A DNA stretch of 64,000 nt from Mytilus trossulus (Eukaryota), in NCBI RefSeq assembly GCF_036588685.1, contig NC_086377.1, positions 61,876,001 through 61,940,000 of the forward strand, read 5' to 3'. Below are positions 1 to 14,800 of this stretch, in pieces. The notes under the pieces are model-generated. The model was not told the origin of the DNA and made no database searches. It worked only from the letters and a program-made list of their open reading frames with translations. The translations under genes were made by a program, and so were the position numbers. How positions within the stretch are numbered: the stretch's first letter is position 1; each line of letters begins with the position of its first letter.

Positions 1-1916
1 TGTATAGATTCACCATAAACTCGCTATCACCTACAATCAAATCACACAAAACATAATTTTCATCAGTGTTTGCCCACCCACATCGTTGTCCAGTGAAAAT
101 GTGCATTTCGAATTAAAAACAAAAAACCTAACCTTTTTTGTATTTACGTAAAAACAAAAAACTGAATTTCAATCATAAAATGATCAGACGAAGAACATGA
201 TTTAAAGTTTAACTACTAGTATAACCCGAATTTTCCAGGTCATCCCAGTAATCTATCTTTTCCACTAACGCAACGATTTGATTATGAATAGAGAATTTTG
301 AGTTTCAAACAAAACTTACGTACGTTTAAGCAAGTAACTAAAACGTACAATTACGGACTCATAGATTTTTCGAACGAACCGAAAGTACGTACCACTGCAT
401 GAACGCATGCGTTTACTAACATTTAATTTTCAATAAATTTCTTTCTACTTAAGTTTAGAAATATACTTGAAATTTAAGGCAAAGTTTGTCAGAAATTACT
501 GAATTGCTTCGATTTGAAAATTAATTCACATTGAAGTAAATTTACAATACAATATATTTCAAGTTTATCAGAATTTATAAAAAGTTTTTTAGTTGGAATT
601 GAATAACGAATAATGAGAATTTAAAATATTTTCTACTTCTAATTTATGAGAATTTAATCTGTTATGTTTTTTTTGCAATTTAAAGTCTAGTTAAATTGCA
701 TTTGACCCCATCTTTAATGAGAGTTATTTTTATAGTATACATATAGTTAGGAGTGGTTTAAAGCAAATTAGCACAATATAGCATTTATTTTATATTCAAG
801 TTATTCTATTCTTTTTTCTTCTTTGCATTTGTTCACTGAATTATCGGATAACGAGGAAAGTTACTATACATTACTTTTGTGCAGACATTTGAGACAACAG
901 TTATTTAATCTTATAGGTTGAATATATCGGCTAATAAATCATTTATTAAAAAAGACTATGTTTTGGGGTCAAAGTTGCTACTAATTCTTTACTCCCCTTT
1001 CCATTATTATATAACTTCTTTTACATTGCAAATTATAATTTTCCTCGTACATAATTTAACAATTTTGGGGTTATTAAGAAATATGGCTTTTAGTTTTCTC
1101 AATTTGATTGTTTCATAGTTTTTATGTCGGGGCTTATTGTAGCCGACTATACGGTATAGGGTTTTTCTCATCGTTGAAGGACGTTCTGTACGGTTGCCTA
1201 TAACTTAAATCCACTTCATCTGAATTTTGGTGGATATACATATATATAATTTATATATATATATTGAGCATTTTGAAATTTAATTTAGTTTATTTTCTAC
1301 TAGTGTGGACACAGAATTCAATTTTAAGTAAACTTAGTTGTCTCATCGGCAAATATGCCACATCTCCTTATTTTTATAAACATCAAATATGGTGTATTAT
1401 GCTATTAAACGGTTGAATCATTCGTATATTATTCGGCATTATTTATATTCCTTTGCATTATCAGTATAGTCAGTGTTATTAAATTTTGCAATAAATAAGC
1501 ATATGTTGTAATTGTTCAGCATACATCTAGTTTTGCTTAGTATGAATCCAAAATTGTATCCTTATGTTCGTAGAGCTTACCTCCCTTTGATTGCAAAAGA
1601 TGCATCCAGGGGAACTAACTGCGCTGCATTTACAACAACGTTTTATTTGGTTATTCTTAAATATTAGATACATGCTGATTGGTTAATTTACCGTTTATAT
1701 CTTTCTATTTACTACCACAACAACGCCAGCACATAAACGAATTTGTAATATACAATCAAGGTTAAAAAAAAAATAGAAAAAGGACATGGCTATTTTCCTA
1801 AACAGATCATATATCTAGTATCTGTTTATGTAAACAAAACAATTGAAAGAGTCTGGCCAATCTTTGAATTAAGAAGCCGAAGAAAAATAAAAATATGAAG
1901 CAAGTGCAAGACATAA

Positions 1917-2890
1917 TAGTGTCCTGTGAAAATGTGTCCACCTGGACAGTTTTTCATTGAATTTTGGTATTTAATAATGTCCATTAATTGGACATATTTT
2001 TACTGCAAAAACCATGAAATAGCGTTAACCACAGGACAACTTTCATAGAATCTGCTATTAAATTGTGTCCTCCAAGGGAAGTAATACAAAGGTCATTAAA
2101 AAGTGTTAATATACTTGAATTTTAATAAAATCTGAACAATTGAAAAGAAACTCGCATGACTGATTACTATACAAATGTTAACAAACATATTATGGTTGGA
2201 AACGAATATAGAGACATTAATTTCTTTGAAATACCCAGTTAATGCTAATGGCAATGAAAGAAGAAAGTTTGTAAAGTATAAAAATCAAATTTGAGCAACT
2301 TTACTATACTTATAATGAGAAGAAGACAAAATACAATATAGAATTTTGGTATAAATAATGTCCATTGTAATAAAATGTTGTTCTGTAAGTGGACAGCAGT
2401 TAACAAAAATAGCTACAGGTATGAAATATGGTCCAACTACAGGACAATGTTTATAAGTAGTTAGTGTTATTAAAATATGTCTAGTATGACCTTGGAAAAT
2501 AATACTGAAAAGCATTTTGAACTTAAATCATTATACATTTACTTATCAAAAAATATAAATAAGAAGATAAGGATGGTATACATGTGTACTGATGAAACAA
2601 CTCTTTTTCAAAAAAACAATGTATTCAAGTTCGCAATTATACATGTAGGTTACAATACGTATAGTTTACAAGGCGATAAATATCATTTACTACTTTATCA
2701 TATAAAAAATTGTCTGTGTGGACACATTATCCTGAGATAAAATATCCCTCTGGACAGAATTATAGAATTAGATAATGTCCACGTCCATGGACACTTTTTC
2801 ATACCTGAGGGCATATTTTGCATAGGAAATCGGGTCCATGGACAGTATTTACTATGAAATAATGTCCAGTGGACACTATTTCATAAAAAT
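1917..2890. repeat. Loose array of imperfect TGTCC...GGACA palindromes (probably an old nested element)
   Basis: Repeated motifs tgtccacctggaca, tgtccattaattggaca, gtccatggaca, tgtccagtggaca. Mirrored at ~48205-49212. Confidence 0.6.
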
Positions 2891-3130
2891 CATACACAAC
2901 CACTACGAAATGTAGAAATGTAGAAAATCGGTCTTTTTTTCCAAATTCCGTTTTTTTTTATTTTTGATATCTTATACTATTTATTTCGTATCTGCTAATT
3001 CATTTACTGTAATTGCAAACAGATTCCCTTATACAAGTGTGTGTGGCACTCTGTTCATGATATTAAAACAAGTATGACAATGATTATAGGAAAATCATAG
3101 TGCAATGGTTATGTTGACATGCTGACTATG

Positions 3131-3240
3131 TTAAAGGGGCACTAGCTGTCAAATTCATGTTCACCGATTTAATTCAAAATCTCATATTTTATTTATAACA
3201 ATGTAAAACATTTATCCAAACTATTAAACGTTTAAATAGA
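3131..3240 (+). mobile_element. One end of a Kolobok-like non-autonomous element (fragment)
   Basis: TTAA followed by AGGGGCACTAGCTG, resembling TTAA-flanked Kolobok-type termini. No partner end within the same transposon copy. Confidence 0.4.
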
Positions 3241-4435
3241 TAATTTACATTATATAGTCTTCTATAAATTTTTATTTTCTCACAATTTGTATAAGTATTA
3301 GGATTATACATAAATCCACCAGAGACCAACAGATATAGGTTCATCGCATGACCGTCACCAATGAGATAATCTCATACACTGTATTGAAATTAAGCCATCA
3401 ATTACAAGTAATTAAATATAAAACAATAACAACTAAGCGAAATTGAAAAAGCACGGTCAGAATATACGTAAATAATAAACTAAACGAAAACAAGAAAACC
3501 CAAGGACTTGATATTGACTTTGGACAGGAACGTCCAAGAACCGGTTTAAACATATTTACAATCCGCTTATATATCTTGGACAGTGTTGGAACAATCGCTG
3601 ATGTCGGATTTAGGACAATGACTGCTCAACACTTATCTGACATAAAACATACGTCAAGTGCTTGTTTCTAATTGTTCTTACTATAAATATTATCTGAAGC
3701 AATGTTTGTGATTAAAATGCTTGTAATCATACTTGTAACATAAAATGTGTTTACGTTATAATATTTGGAGTGTTCATAAAAAGAAGATATGTTGGATAAA
3801 CGTTTCCGCTTTAAAAGCCTCAATCTGAAAAGTCACATACTTTTGATAAAACGGTTCTAAAGCGTGAAAATGCGCTATGTTCAATCTATTTAGAAGTAGA
3901 ATCAGAATAATTTCACTGATCTGACTTCTGACTTCACCATGCGTGATTGCGTATTTAGTACTATTTACACATTCCCGAGCATTGCCTAGATTTGCGTTAT
4001 ACTCTAATAAAATTGAGAATGGAAATGGGGAATGTGTCCAAGAGACAACAACCCGACCATAGAAGAAAAAGAAAACAACAGAAGGTCACCAACAGGTCTT
4101 CAATGAAGTGAAAAATTCCCGCACCCGGAGCCGTCCTTCAGCTGGCCCCTAAATATTATCTAAACACGAAAGCAGTGCTAGGTTCATCCTAGTACTATAA
4201 CCTAGCCTTATAGTACTGAAATGTTAACTGCTTCGACAGTTAACCGTACCTTTTTGGGGTTTTTAAATATTTAGAACTAAATCTCGAAGCCTATATCTAC
4301 TCTATTGAACTGAAATCTTAGGCTAGTATGCTCTCTGCAAATGTGAAAAATCGTATATATATTCGATTCCCGACTGTATCAAACCAAACTCTTGAAAATA
4401 GTGTTGCAGAATCACAAAGCAGTTTACTATATGCA

Positions 4436-4662
4436 TATATATCTCAGTAGCATGGGTTCGAATCCCGGCGAGGGAAGAACAAAAAGCTTGCGAAAGCAAA
4501 TTTACAGATCTTACATTGTTGGGTTGATGTTTAGACGAGTTGTATATACAGAATGTACACAGCCATGTATCACCATCAATGTTGATGGATGATCCGATGG
4601 ATAAATCTGTTGTAGAGTTGTCACTGGTTCAGACGGACTTACAATATATATATATATATATA
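4436..4662 (+). mobile_element. tRNA-derived SINE-like repeat
   Basis: Pol III B-box-like GGTTCGAATCC at 4455-4465 and a (TA)n tail. The head is deleted in copy 2 (remainder at ~46620-46790). Confidence 0.5.
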
Positions 4663-6154
4663 AAAAATAGACCGCTTACTTCTCTCATAAAGCGAAGAAA
4701 AAAAAACTATCTCGAAATGTGTTTCAGGGATAATGATGAACTTAAGCATGCGGAGCACCCCCCCCCCCTTTTTTTTTTAATCATATGAGAAAGTTGAGCT
4801 GTGAATGTTTTGTTTCATAAATGAAAACTAGGCAATCTTGCAGAACTATTTGAAAGTTTTAGTAGTCAGTTTATAACAACTGATGACGAAAACACAATTT
4901 CCATCCCATTATTACATTTTGACGTCATGCATACTAAAATTAGTTCAAGTTGTTATTGTATGAAAACTATCTTATCTTAATACTGAAATCTATCTTTGTT
5001 TTCTATTTAATGTCACACGAACATAAAGTTCGAAACCAAAAACTTTTTCTAGAGAACCAATATCATGCATAAGTACAAAGTCATGTACGATTGACAAAAA
5101 AATACACCGACTCATTTAACATCAAATCAAAAAGGTCGAATCAAAGGACTTTATTCGGAAAGGTAACATTAATACGAATAATCCGACATTGATATTTTGA
5201 CATTGAGACCGAACTTAAAGGTAATATTCATTTTGTACAAGTCATGATGACAAGCTCAAAATCATCGTATGTCGTAGGTCTTCTTCAAAAGAAAGGTTTT
5301 TTTACAAGAACTTCCACACAGGTAAAATGGCAAACACAATATGCTTGAATTATCCTATACAACAGTTGCATGTTGCTTTTGAATTAAGTTCTATTTAACT
5401 CTAGAATTTTTTCTTGTATCACAATTGTACCACATCGGTAGTTTCACGGTAAAGAGTTTGTAATTGTCCTATGTACAGGCTTAGATGTTGTGGGTTTGAT
5501 CAAAGAGCAAAGACAAAGTCTTGTAATAATATCAAGCAAATTGTGTTCTTTTTCGCACTATAAATGAAGTCATTATTTTAAATGCCAACTCAGTGTATCG
5601 GTCTACATACGTTGTAAATCTTCTAAAACCGTTCGCATTAAAATTAGAGTGAACTGTTTGTTGATGTTACGCAGCTACCTAAAAATCTTAATCAATTTTC
5701 TCTATAAATATGTATTAAAATAATAAAGATTTTCTTTGTTTATATGAGAACGAACATTTGATATTCTTTGAGGGAGATTATAACACCTGAGTATTCTGGT
5801 CTTGTTATACATGTCTCTGGAAAAAGACCATTTTAGATAAATAAAAGAAAAAGCCGGCTTCGCAAAAGGGGGAAATTGATATTCTCCACCCGAAATCGTC
5901 TACTGCCCCTCTGCAACAATAACATGGTCATCCCCTTTAACAGTACACAGGAAGAGAAGTTGAAAGAGAACAATTTCGCAATTCCTAGATAATTTCATCG
6001 TGCAGTGGCAAGTATTACAGATATATTTTGAACGAACCAATTCAACAAACCATATCCATTTCAATGAATATGACATAGAATATTCATTTGTCATAAGAAA
6101 ACTGGATCTGTCGATATGTGAAGGGAACTTTATCACCGAGGTGTCAACGTATAC

Positions 6155-6310
6155 AAAAAGAAGATGTGGTTATGATTGTTAATGAGACAACTCTCCACAA
6201 GAGTCCAAAATGACACAGAAATTAACAACTATAGATCACCGTTCGGCCTTTTACAATGAGCAAAGCCCATACAGCATAGTCAGCTATAAAAGGCCCCGAA
6301 ACGACAATCT
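6155..6310 (-). repeat. Abundant interspersed repeat, conserved end (relatives at ~1130-1380, 4010-4150, 9620-9810, 10988-11140, 41342-41600, 60636-61007, 61742-62025)
   Basis: Shared core AAGAAGATGTGG...AATGAGACAACTCTCCA...CGGCCTT...AGCTATAAAAGGCCCC in many differently truncated copies. Confidence 0.75.
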
Positions 6311-7583
6311 AGTACTGTAATGGCCACAAGCGTGTCAAAACTGAGGCTGTGACTGTGGTTCTTTCTTCGGCAAAGTGTGTTCAGCTTAGATCTTTAAAAA
6401 TAGACACACGTTACTTGTTTTCTTGTCGAAGGCCAGTGGTTTTCTCTGGCTTTCTCTACAAATTAATCTTGATTGTCATGGAAAACCAAGCGTAATGAAA
6501 GTGTCACTAAAACCAGCAAGCAACTAATTGTTCATACGATTCTTTTCGTTTACGGGTAAAATGATTTTATTTTAGTTTGAACCATGTATTTGCAAGACAT
6601 AAGTGCGGAAACATTTTTCATCACTTTTTTATAATGATTTTCGGAGGACCCTAATTGTGCGCCTATTCCTAAGAACAGATATACTGTATTTTTTGGCCAA
6701 AAATATTGACTAAATCATTTTAATTTCGGAGATCTTGAATAATATAGTTAATACAAGTATGTATGCCATTGTATCATTCAGGTTTGTTTTTAATGTTCAC
6801 CGGCAGACGACTTTGTCAACACCGACTCCAATGAAGTGAAATTTCGATTACAACTGTGAGAAGATGAGGAAGTGGGGAGGGGCAGGGGAACGGTCCCCTT
6901 ATGGAATACCATATTTGTAAAGTGCTTACACTTTTTTTTAAAGTAACAGTCAAAATATTTGCTGACTAGTCCCTTTTTTTAAGTGGTTTATCATTTTCAA
7001 ACAAAATGGGTGACGGATCTATGAAATGTCGTAATATATAGGCAATCGCACCGCAATCCAATCTGTAAAAATCGAGAAATCGTTATTATGTGTCTTTGTA
7101 TGTACATGTATATTTCATCTTTTAGTATCATAGAAAGAAAGATGCAAATGTGGTTCAATGGAATCTTTTGTGTAACTATTACAGCTATGTTTGTTTACCA
7201 ATCACAGTTTCTCTGATATAGACAGATGTGGCATATACAATTTGGTATACATTGGCCTTATGTATTAAAGCAGAGTTCAAGATTTAGATAAAGCAAAACT
7301 TAAGTATATGGAATTTTATAGAGGTACGGTTAATTTCCCTGTATTTTTTATACTTCATGTAACGTGTCGAAATTTTGTACTTGCAAAAATCCAAATTATC
7401 CATTTGATAAAGCACATATGATTTACATAACAATGCACAATACAAGTGTACAACATATAAAACATCAGTGAAAATTAACCACAAGTCTATTTTATTGGAA
7501 GGAAAAATATACATGGTCCATAATCTCATGCTTTGTTCTTTTAATGATAGCCTAACGAATGGATATCAAGAATACTTTTCAGA

Positions 7584-7652
7584 TTCAAACTCTGAACCTT
7601 TCCAAATTTAAACTCTGAACCTTTCCAAATTCAAACTCTGAACCTTTCCAAA
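7584..7652. repeat. 3 x 23-bp tandem repeat (TTCAAACTCTGAACCTTTCCAAA); also at ~15597-15665 and ~43575-43643
   Basis: Directly visible in the sequence. Confidence 0.95.
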
Positions 7653-10600
7653 TGCGCTGTCTAGGCATGTAAGTAATATTTATACTTCCATGGTTTAGGT
7701 ATCTATTAAAATCTGAGATCAAAATTTCCATAAGTTTTTTTTAAATATAAAGGTCTGTATACAAAGGTCGTAACTTGAGTTTATCAATTATAATCCAATA
7801 TGCAGTTTAAAACTCCCCTGCGATTTAAATTGCTTATGGGTGTCCAACAGATCGTTTAATAATAAATACTAAAAACTTGCAAATACATGTACATGTATCT
7901 GTAAAATTGAAGTCGTGTGCCATGCATCTGAACAAATTTTTATAATACAGTAATAAGATAATCAAGTGTCCGAAAATATGCAAAACAAATATATGTGTAA
8001 ATCTAAAAGTACACATTTGACACTACATGTATGGTCTTAGTAGAAAAAAAATAAAGGAAATTAGCTGCTCTCCATGTTTAAACTATTTTTAAAATGTTTG
8101 CCTTTTTAAAGTTACAGATGGTGAATTTCACTCCTTCTTTTATTGCGAAATAAATAAACATGTAAGAAATGATAACTTCTCTGCAAATGATTTTCAAAAT
8201 ACTGATTTTATGTGTTGCACTAACAGACAAAAACATACTCATCATGATCAATAAATAAAAAAAATCAGCATATTTTAGGCTCGTTTGTAAACTGAGGACA
8301 GGGCTTGATTTACCGATGCATGGTTTAAAGTTTTGTGGTTTATTAATATGCTGTAATTTGTATTTAGGTTTTCACTATATTACATGTATATACTTGCAAC
8401 AATAGATACATGTATATATATACATATATATATTATATGTATGTGTATATGTTACGTTTTATTTTCTGTTTGTCACAAACACGTTTGATTTGTTGAAATA
8501 TATATGACAATAAAGATTATTATTATTTATTTTATCAACGCCTGACTTTTAATTATTCAGGTTTTTTTTACCCTAACCATGGAAGTGAAATAATTAAAGA
8601 GGTTATATGACCTCATTGCCCTAACTCTAATGTAAATAAAATCTGGCAGATATTTTCACATCCGCAAGAACAAATGTTTCGTAGTAGGGTGCATTTTCTG
8701 ATAAAGGATCAAAGGACGCCAATAGTACTTTATTATAAAACTTTCATCACAATAAAATCGTGGCGTTCCTGATCAATTAACTTAATGGGACGTGTTAAAC
8801 TATTATATGATAATTTGAACTCTGACTTGATATATAGTCGTTTATCTACAAATTTAGAAAATCGACATATAATCTAAACAATGTAAAGTTCTTTTTATAT
8901 ATTTACAAATGTAGACGGGTGTTTAAATAGTAAATAATATAAATGTATATTCCATACAGTTTTTTCTCTTTCTTTTATTTATTGTTGCACCATGCATTGC
9001 ATGAATAGACTAAAAGAAAATATGTCTACTTAGCTAAAAAGCTGCTACGAAAGGCGATGTAAAACATATAAATTGTATTCTAAAATACATTTTATAATAT
9101 CATAACGTATTCTATAGTAAACATGTTTAGACAAGGAATCTACATTTTTTGTATTGATCCTTTTTAATATTATTAAAAAAAAAAATGCATAATGGATATT
9201 TTACTATTTTTCGAAAGATATTTATCAGAGATATTTACTAGAATAATTAAATCCTGAATAAATCCCTACTGAACCATTTTGTATATGCGGATATAAACAT
9301 TCGTTTGATAACATGTAAGAGATGTATAACGAATCAGATGTGGATACAAAATATTCCATAGACTTTTTTCCTCTTGTAATCCTATAAAGATTTTATACTT
9401 ATATTTAAAATTTTAAATCAAAGTTATTTGTCCAATTTTGCTTTATAAAAAAGAAAGCAAAGTTTAACGTAGATACTGATATCTGGTTTCATGGAGGAAT
9501 AAATTATACTTGGTGATAGACCCCAAGGGTTGACTGGGATTTAGATATATTGTCCTCTTTGGTACTAATGGTTCCAGTAGTAAAATCCTTGCGCTATTGC
9601 GGCTTCCATTTTGGTTGTTTGGGATACATAAATATAGGTAGTCGTGCCTCTTCGGAATTAGGACAGGAACTTGATATTCAGTGGTTATCATTTGTTGGTG
9701 TGGTTATTTTTAAAATATAAGACCGTTGGTTTTCCCGTTTAAACGGTTTTCCACTACTTATTTTTGGGGCCCTTGTTGAAGACCGTACTTTGACCTATTA
9801 TGGTTTACTTTAGTTAAGTTTGTCTCTCAACTTGACTTATACATCTAGAAATTGACCGTGATGGCCGATTTCAAACAAACACTTGACATAAAAGAGATGA
9901 TGGCGTCTACCTAACTTTTTATGTCTTTGAAAAATATCTTAGCAGCTCTTGTGTATAGCTTGTATAGCTCCATTTGATACAATATTCCGGAGCTTTTATG
10001 TCCTCACACAATTTCTGTGATACTATTGATGTTTGTCTAAGGTCTAGGACAAATGTGTCATGCATTATCAGGATGAGACCAATTAAAAGTAAATCTATAC
10101 AATATTTAGGTCCTGGAATAGGGGTTATACCGGGATGGTGCCTGGAAAGTTGGAATGCAAATTGAAAATGTTGGTATATGGAAAAGGAACAGAATTTAGG
10201 CCTTGTAACTGACCAACGCCGTTCCTCTCACAGAATTGTTACAAGGGTTCATACTTTAATAAAGCATCGGCATCTTGTAACGTAACGTTGTCTTTCTGAC
10301 CGGACGAATTTATACATCACACACAGTCCAGCGTGTCTTCTGTCGTGGTAAGATGACCAAACAATTATCATGTTTCTAGACCCCTGACGACAAATAGGAT
10401 CTACTTGATAATAAGAAGCAAGCTATAAACCCATGGGTTCCACGTGATGTAGTTATAGTTATCCTTTCGAAAAGAGGGACAAAAGATACCAAAGGGACCG
10501 TCAAACTTATAGATCGAAAATAATATGACAATCTGAGCTGCTACGAACCAATCTCGTGTTGGTTACAATTCAGTAATATTTATTTCACAGATAACCAGCA

Positions 10601-10896
10601 ATATGTTCCTTAGAGTATTGCATGTTTTGATCGTCCTGTTTGCCTTGAACGTTACATCTAGGAATGAAACTTCTTATCAAATTTGTTCATAAATGATCAA
10701 CATGACGGTTGCCATTTATGAAGCATGATCTGCATATCCTTTAGGAGCCGGCACAATTTTAGTTCATTTCTTGGAAGCACAACACTTATTGTTATATACA
10801 TGTACGTATTGTTATTTGAAGTTCATGTGAATTAATCGTTTCTTTCAATAAATATTGTGAACTGTTGATAGACAATGGTAATGTTAGCTTGTCGGG

Positions 10897-10987
10897 CACA
10901 GGCACTTGTCTCAGAAAAAAAATGTTCCTATGTATACCTGTTATATTAACGTATATAAGATTTTTTTTTCTGAGACAAGTGCCTGTG
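10897..10987. mobile_element. 91-bp micro-MITE with ~26-bp TIRs and an 8-bp TSD (P- or hAT-like)
   Basis: CACAGGCACTTGTCTCAGAAAAAAAA ... TTTTTTTTCTGAGACAAGTGCCTGTG, with TTGTCGGG on both sides (10889-10896, 10988-10995). Confidence 0.85.
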
Positions 10988-11474
10988 TTGTCGGGGCCTT
11001 TTATTGCCGACTATTTATACGGTATTGTTTTTTGTCATTGTTAAAGGCCGTGCAATTGCTTATAATTGCTTAAATCCTCTTCATATGAACTTTGGTGGAT
11101 AGCTGTCTCATTGATAGGAATACCACATATCCTTATTTTTATATTGTGTTCTTCGTTGAGTAAATACACCTTCTTCGAGAATAAGTTTTTAATGGCAATT
11201 CTTGGTGGTGTTCCCGAAGCTGTCTTAGGATAATTACGTGTTCTAAGACTATCTTATGACATGTCTTTGTCTAACTTGATCTATTGCATTGATCGTCCTA
11301 ACCGTAGGACAGTACACCTATTTATATGCATTAAAATGCATTAGTATTTAATTAATAACCCATATTATACTAGATTCTTTATCTATATATTCTTTTAGAA
11401 CTTACATAGTTCTCATTAATCTCTTATTTTATATCATTGGTTGAAAATTATTGATGTTTTTGCCCTTCAAATAA

Positions 11475-11808
11475 GAAAGATAATATCATTGGACGTTTCA
11501 AGTTGGCTGGACTTCAACTTCATCAAAAACTACCCTAACCAAAAACTTTAACTTAAATTTCGCACTATCATTTCTATGTTTAGTGGACCGTTATCAGGGT
11601 CAAAACTTTAATTTGGCATAAAGATTAGAACGATCATATTACAGGGAACATGAGTACTAAGTGTCAAGTTCATTGAACTTCAACTTCATCAAAAACTACA
11701 TTGACCAACAAAAATTAACCTTGACCGGTACAGACGGACGGACGAACGGACGGACGTACAGACCAGAACATATAATGTCTCTCTTTTATCGTAGGTGGGG
11801 CATACAAA
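11475..11808 (+). mobile_element. Helentron-associated (HINE/DINE-1-like) non-autonomous element; duplicates at ~19486-19820 and ~38823-39155
   Basis: Two core repeats (CTTCAACTTCATCAAAAACTAC), then a (GACG)n microsatellite, then a short terminal GGGGCAT stem. This is the usual HINE layout. Confidence 0.65.
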
Positions 11809-14800
11809 CGTAGGAAAAAAATATTTCAATATACGGCAGGGGGTCATGCTTACATTGCTTGTGTATTTTCCTGAATAAGTTAAATAATACTTATGTCTTC
11901 ATATTTCAGTCTTAACAATTCAAAATTATAAGATTGTGTTTCTTGTTTGCCTATGACATTGAATTTGATATACATGTATATATATATATTATTTTCTGTA
12001 TTTGTTTTGGCTCACATCGAACAGCAAGCTATTAAAAATAACTAGTGTAAAACCAGTCAAATGGCAAACCATAGGTTTAATTTATTTAAAAAACGAGAAA
12101 CGAGAAACACTTATGAACCGTATTTATCAACAGAACACCAGATTCCGGACTTTGGGCATGTGCAAACAAAAGCAAGGGGTTTAAACGTTTTAATTGGTAC
12201 AGACCCCTTACTTTATCTGAAACAATAGTGTATTATCACAACACAGAAAGACAGGGTCTCAAGAAAGATTAGCTTTATAGCTAACTGTGTAACCATCTTT
12301 AAATAAAGAATTATTATTATTATTATTAGACACGTGACAGACATAGACAGACATATATAGCTTGCCTTACGTTTTGTGAGATTCTATCGTCATTGTTATC
12401 TTTAGATATTTATCTTTGGTCGCATGTTTTTTTTTGCTCACTCTTTCGTTCAATGCTTCTTTCATTTATACATTTGAGTTTCCTGCGAAAAGTTATGATG
12501 TTCGGAAGGGTCGATTTTTACCCTCCCGGAGCACCTGAGATCACCCTATTTTTATGTGGGGTTCGTGTTGCTTATTCTTTAGATTTCTATGTTGTGTCAT
12601 GTGAACTATTGTTTTTCTGTTTGTTTGTTTTTTTAAATTTTTTGCCATGGCCTCTTGTCTTATGAATCTAGAATCCTTGCATACTAAACTCAAAGGGACA
12701 CATAAAGCGAAGAAAAAAAAACTATCTCGAAATGTGTTTCAGGAATAATGATGAACTTAAGCATGCAGAGCACCCCCCCCCCTTTTTTTTTTAATCATAT
12801 GAGAAAGTTGAGCTGTGAATGTTTTGTTTCATAAATGAAAACTAGGCAATCTTGCAGAACTATTTGAAAGTTTTAGTAGTCAGTTTATAACAACTGATGA
12901 CGAAAACACAATTTCCATCCCATTATTACATTTTGACGTCATGCATACTAAAATTAGTTCAAGTTGTTATTGTATGAAAACTATCTTATCTTAATACTGA
13001 AATCTATCTTTGTTTTCTATTTAATGTCACACGAACATAAAGTTCGAAACCAAACACTTTTTCTAGAGAACCAATATCATGCATAAGTACAAAGTCATGT
13101 ACGATTGACAAAAAAATACACCGACTCATTTAACATCAAATCAAAAAGGTCGAATCAAAGGACTTTATTCGGAAAGGTAACATTAATACGAATAATCCGA
13201 CATTGATATTTTGACATTGAGACCGAACTTAAAGGTAATATTCATTTTGTACAAGTCATGATGACAAGCTCAAAATCATCGTATGTCGTAGGTCTTCTTC
13301 AAAAGAAAGGTTTTTTTACAAGAACTTCCACACAGGTAAAATGGCAAACACAATATGCTTGAATTATCCTATACAACAGTTGCATGTTGCTTTTGAATTA
13401 AGTTCTATTTAACTCTAGAATTTTTTCTTGTATCACAATTGTACCACATCGGTAGTTTCACGGTAAAGAGTTTGTAATTGTCCTATGTACAGGCTTAGAT
13501 GTTGTGGGTTTGATCAAAGAGCAAAGACAAAGTCTTGTAATAATATCAAGCAAATTGTGTTCTTTTTCGCACTATAAATGAAGTCATTATTTTAAATGCC
13601 AACTCAGTGTATCGGTCTACATACGTTGTAAATCTTCTAAAACCGTTCGCATTAAAATTAGAGTGAACTGTTTGTTGATGTTACGCAGCTACCTAAAAAT
13701 CTTAATCAATTTTCTCTATAAATATGTATTAAAATAATAAAGATTTTCTTTGTTTATATGAGAACGAACATTTGATATTCTTTGAGGGAGATTATAACAC
13801 CTGAGTATTCTGGTCTTGTTATACATGTCTCTGGAAAAAGACCATTTTAGATAAATAAAAGAAAAAGCCGGCTTCGCAAAAGGGGGAAATTGATATTCTC
13901 CACCCGAAATCGTCTACTGCCCCTCTGCAACAATAACATGGTCATCCCCTTTAACAGTACACAGGAAGAGAAGTTGAAAGAGAACAATTTCGCAATTCCT
14001 AGATAATTTCATCGTGCAGTGGCAAGTATTACAGATATATTTTGAACGAACCAATTCAACAAACCATATCCATTTCAATGAATATGACATAGAATATTCA
14101 TTTGTCATAAGAAAACTGGATCTGTCGATATGTGAAGGGAACTTTATCACCGAGGTGTCAACGTATACAAAAAGAAGATGTGGTTATGATTGTTAATGAG
14201 ACAACTCTCCACAAGAGTCCAAAATGACACAGAAATTAACAACTATAGATCACCGTTCGGCCTTTTACAATGAGCAAAGCCCATACAGCATAGTCAGCTA
14301 TAAAAGGCCCCGAAACGACAATCTAGTACTGTAATGGCCACAAGCGTGTCAAAACTGAGGCTGTGACTGTGGTTCTTTCTTCGGCAAAGTGTGTTCAGCT
14401 TAGATCTTTAAAAATAGACACACGTTACTTGTTTTCTTGTCGAAGGCCAGTGGTTTTCTCTGGCTTTCTCTACAAATTAATCTTGATTGTCATGGAAAAC
14501 CAAGCGTAATGAAAGTGTCACTAAAACCAGCAAGCAACTAATTGTTCATACGATTCTTTTCGTTTACGGGTAAAATGATTTTATTTTAGTTTGAACCATG
14601 TATTTGCAAGACATAAGTGCGGAAACATTTTTCATCACTTTTTTATAATGATTTTCGGAGGACCCTAATTGTGCGCCTATTCCTAAGAACAGATATACTG
14701 TATTTTTTGGCCAAAAATATTGACTAAATCATTTTAATTTCGGAGATCTTGAATAATATAGTTAATACAAGTATGTATGCCATTGTATCATTCAGGTTTG

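Noticed and set aside
4441-4480. tRNA gene
   Set aside because: Only a B-box/T-arm-like motif is present and there is no cloverleaf; treated as a SINE head.
4880-4895. CTGATGACGAAA as a hammerhead core
   Set aside because: There is no stem II between CTGATGA and GAAA and no convincing flanking stems.
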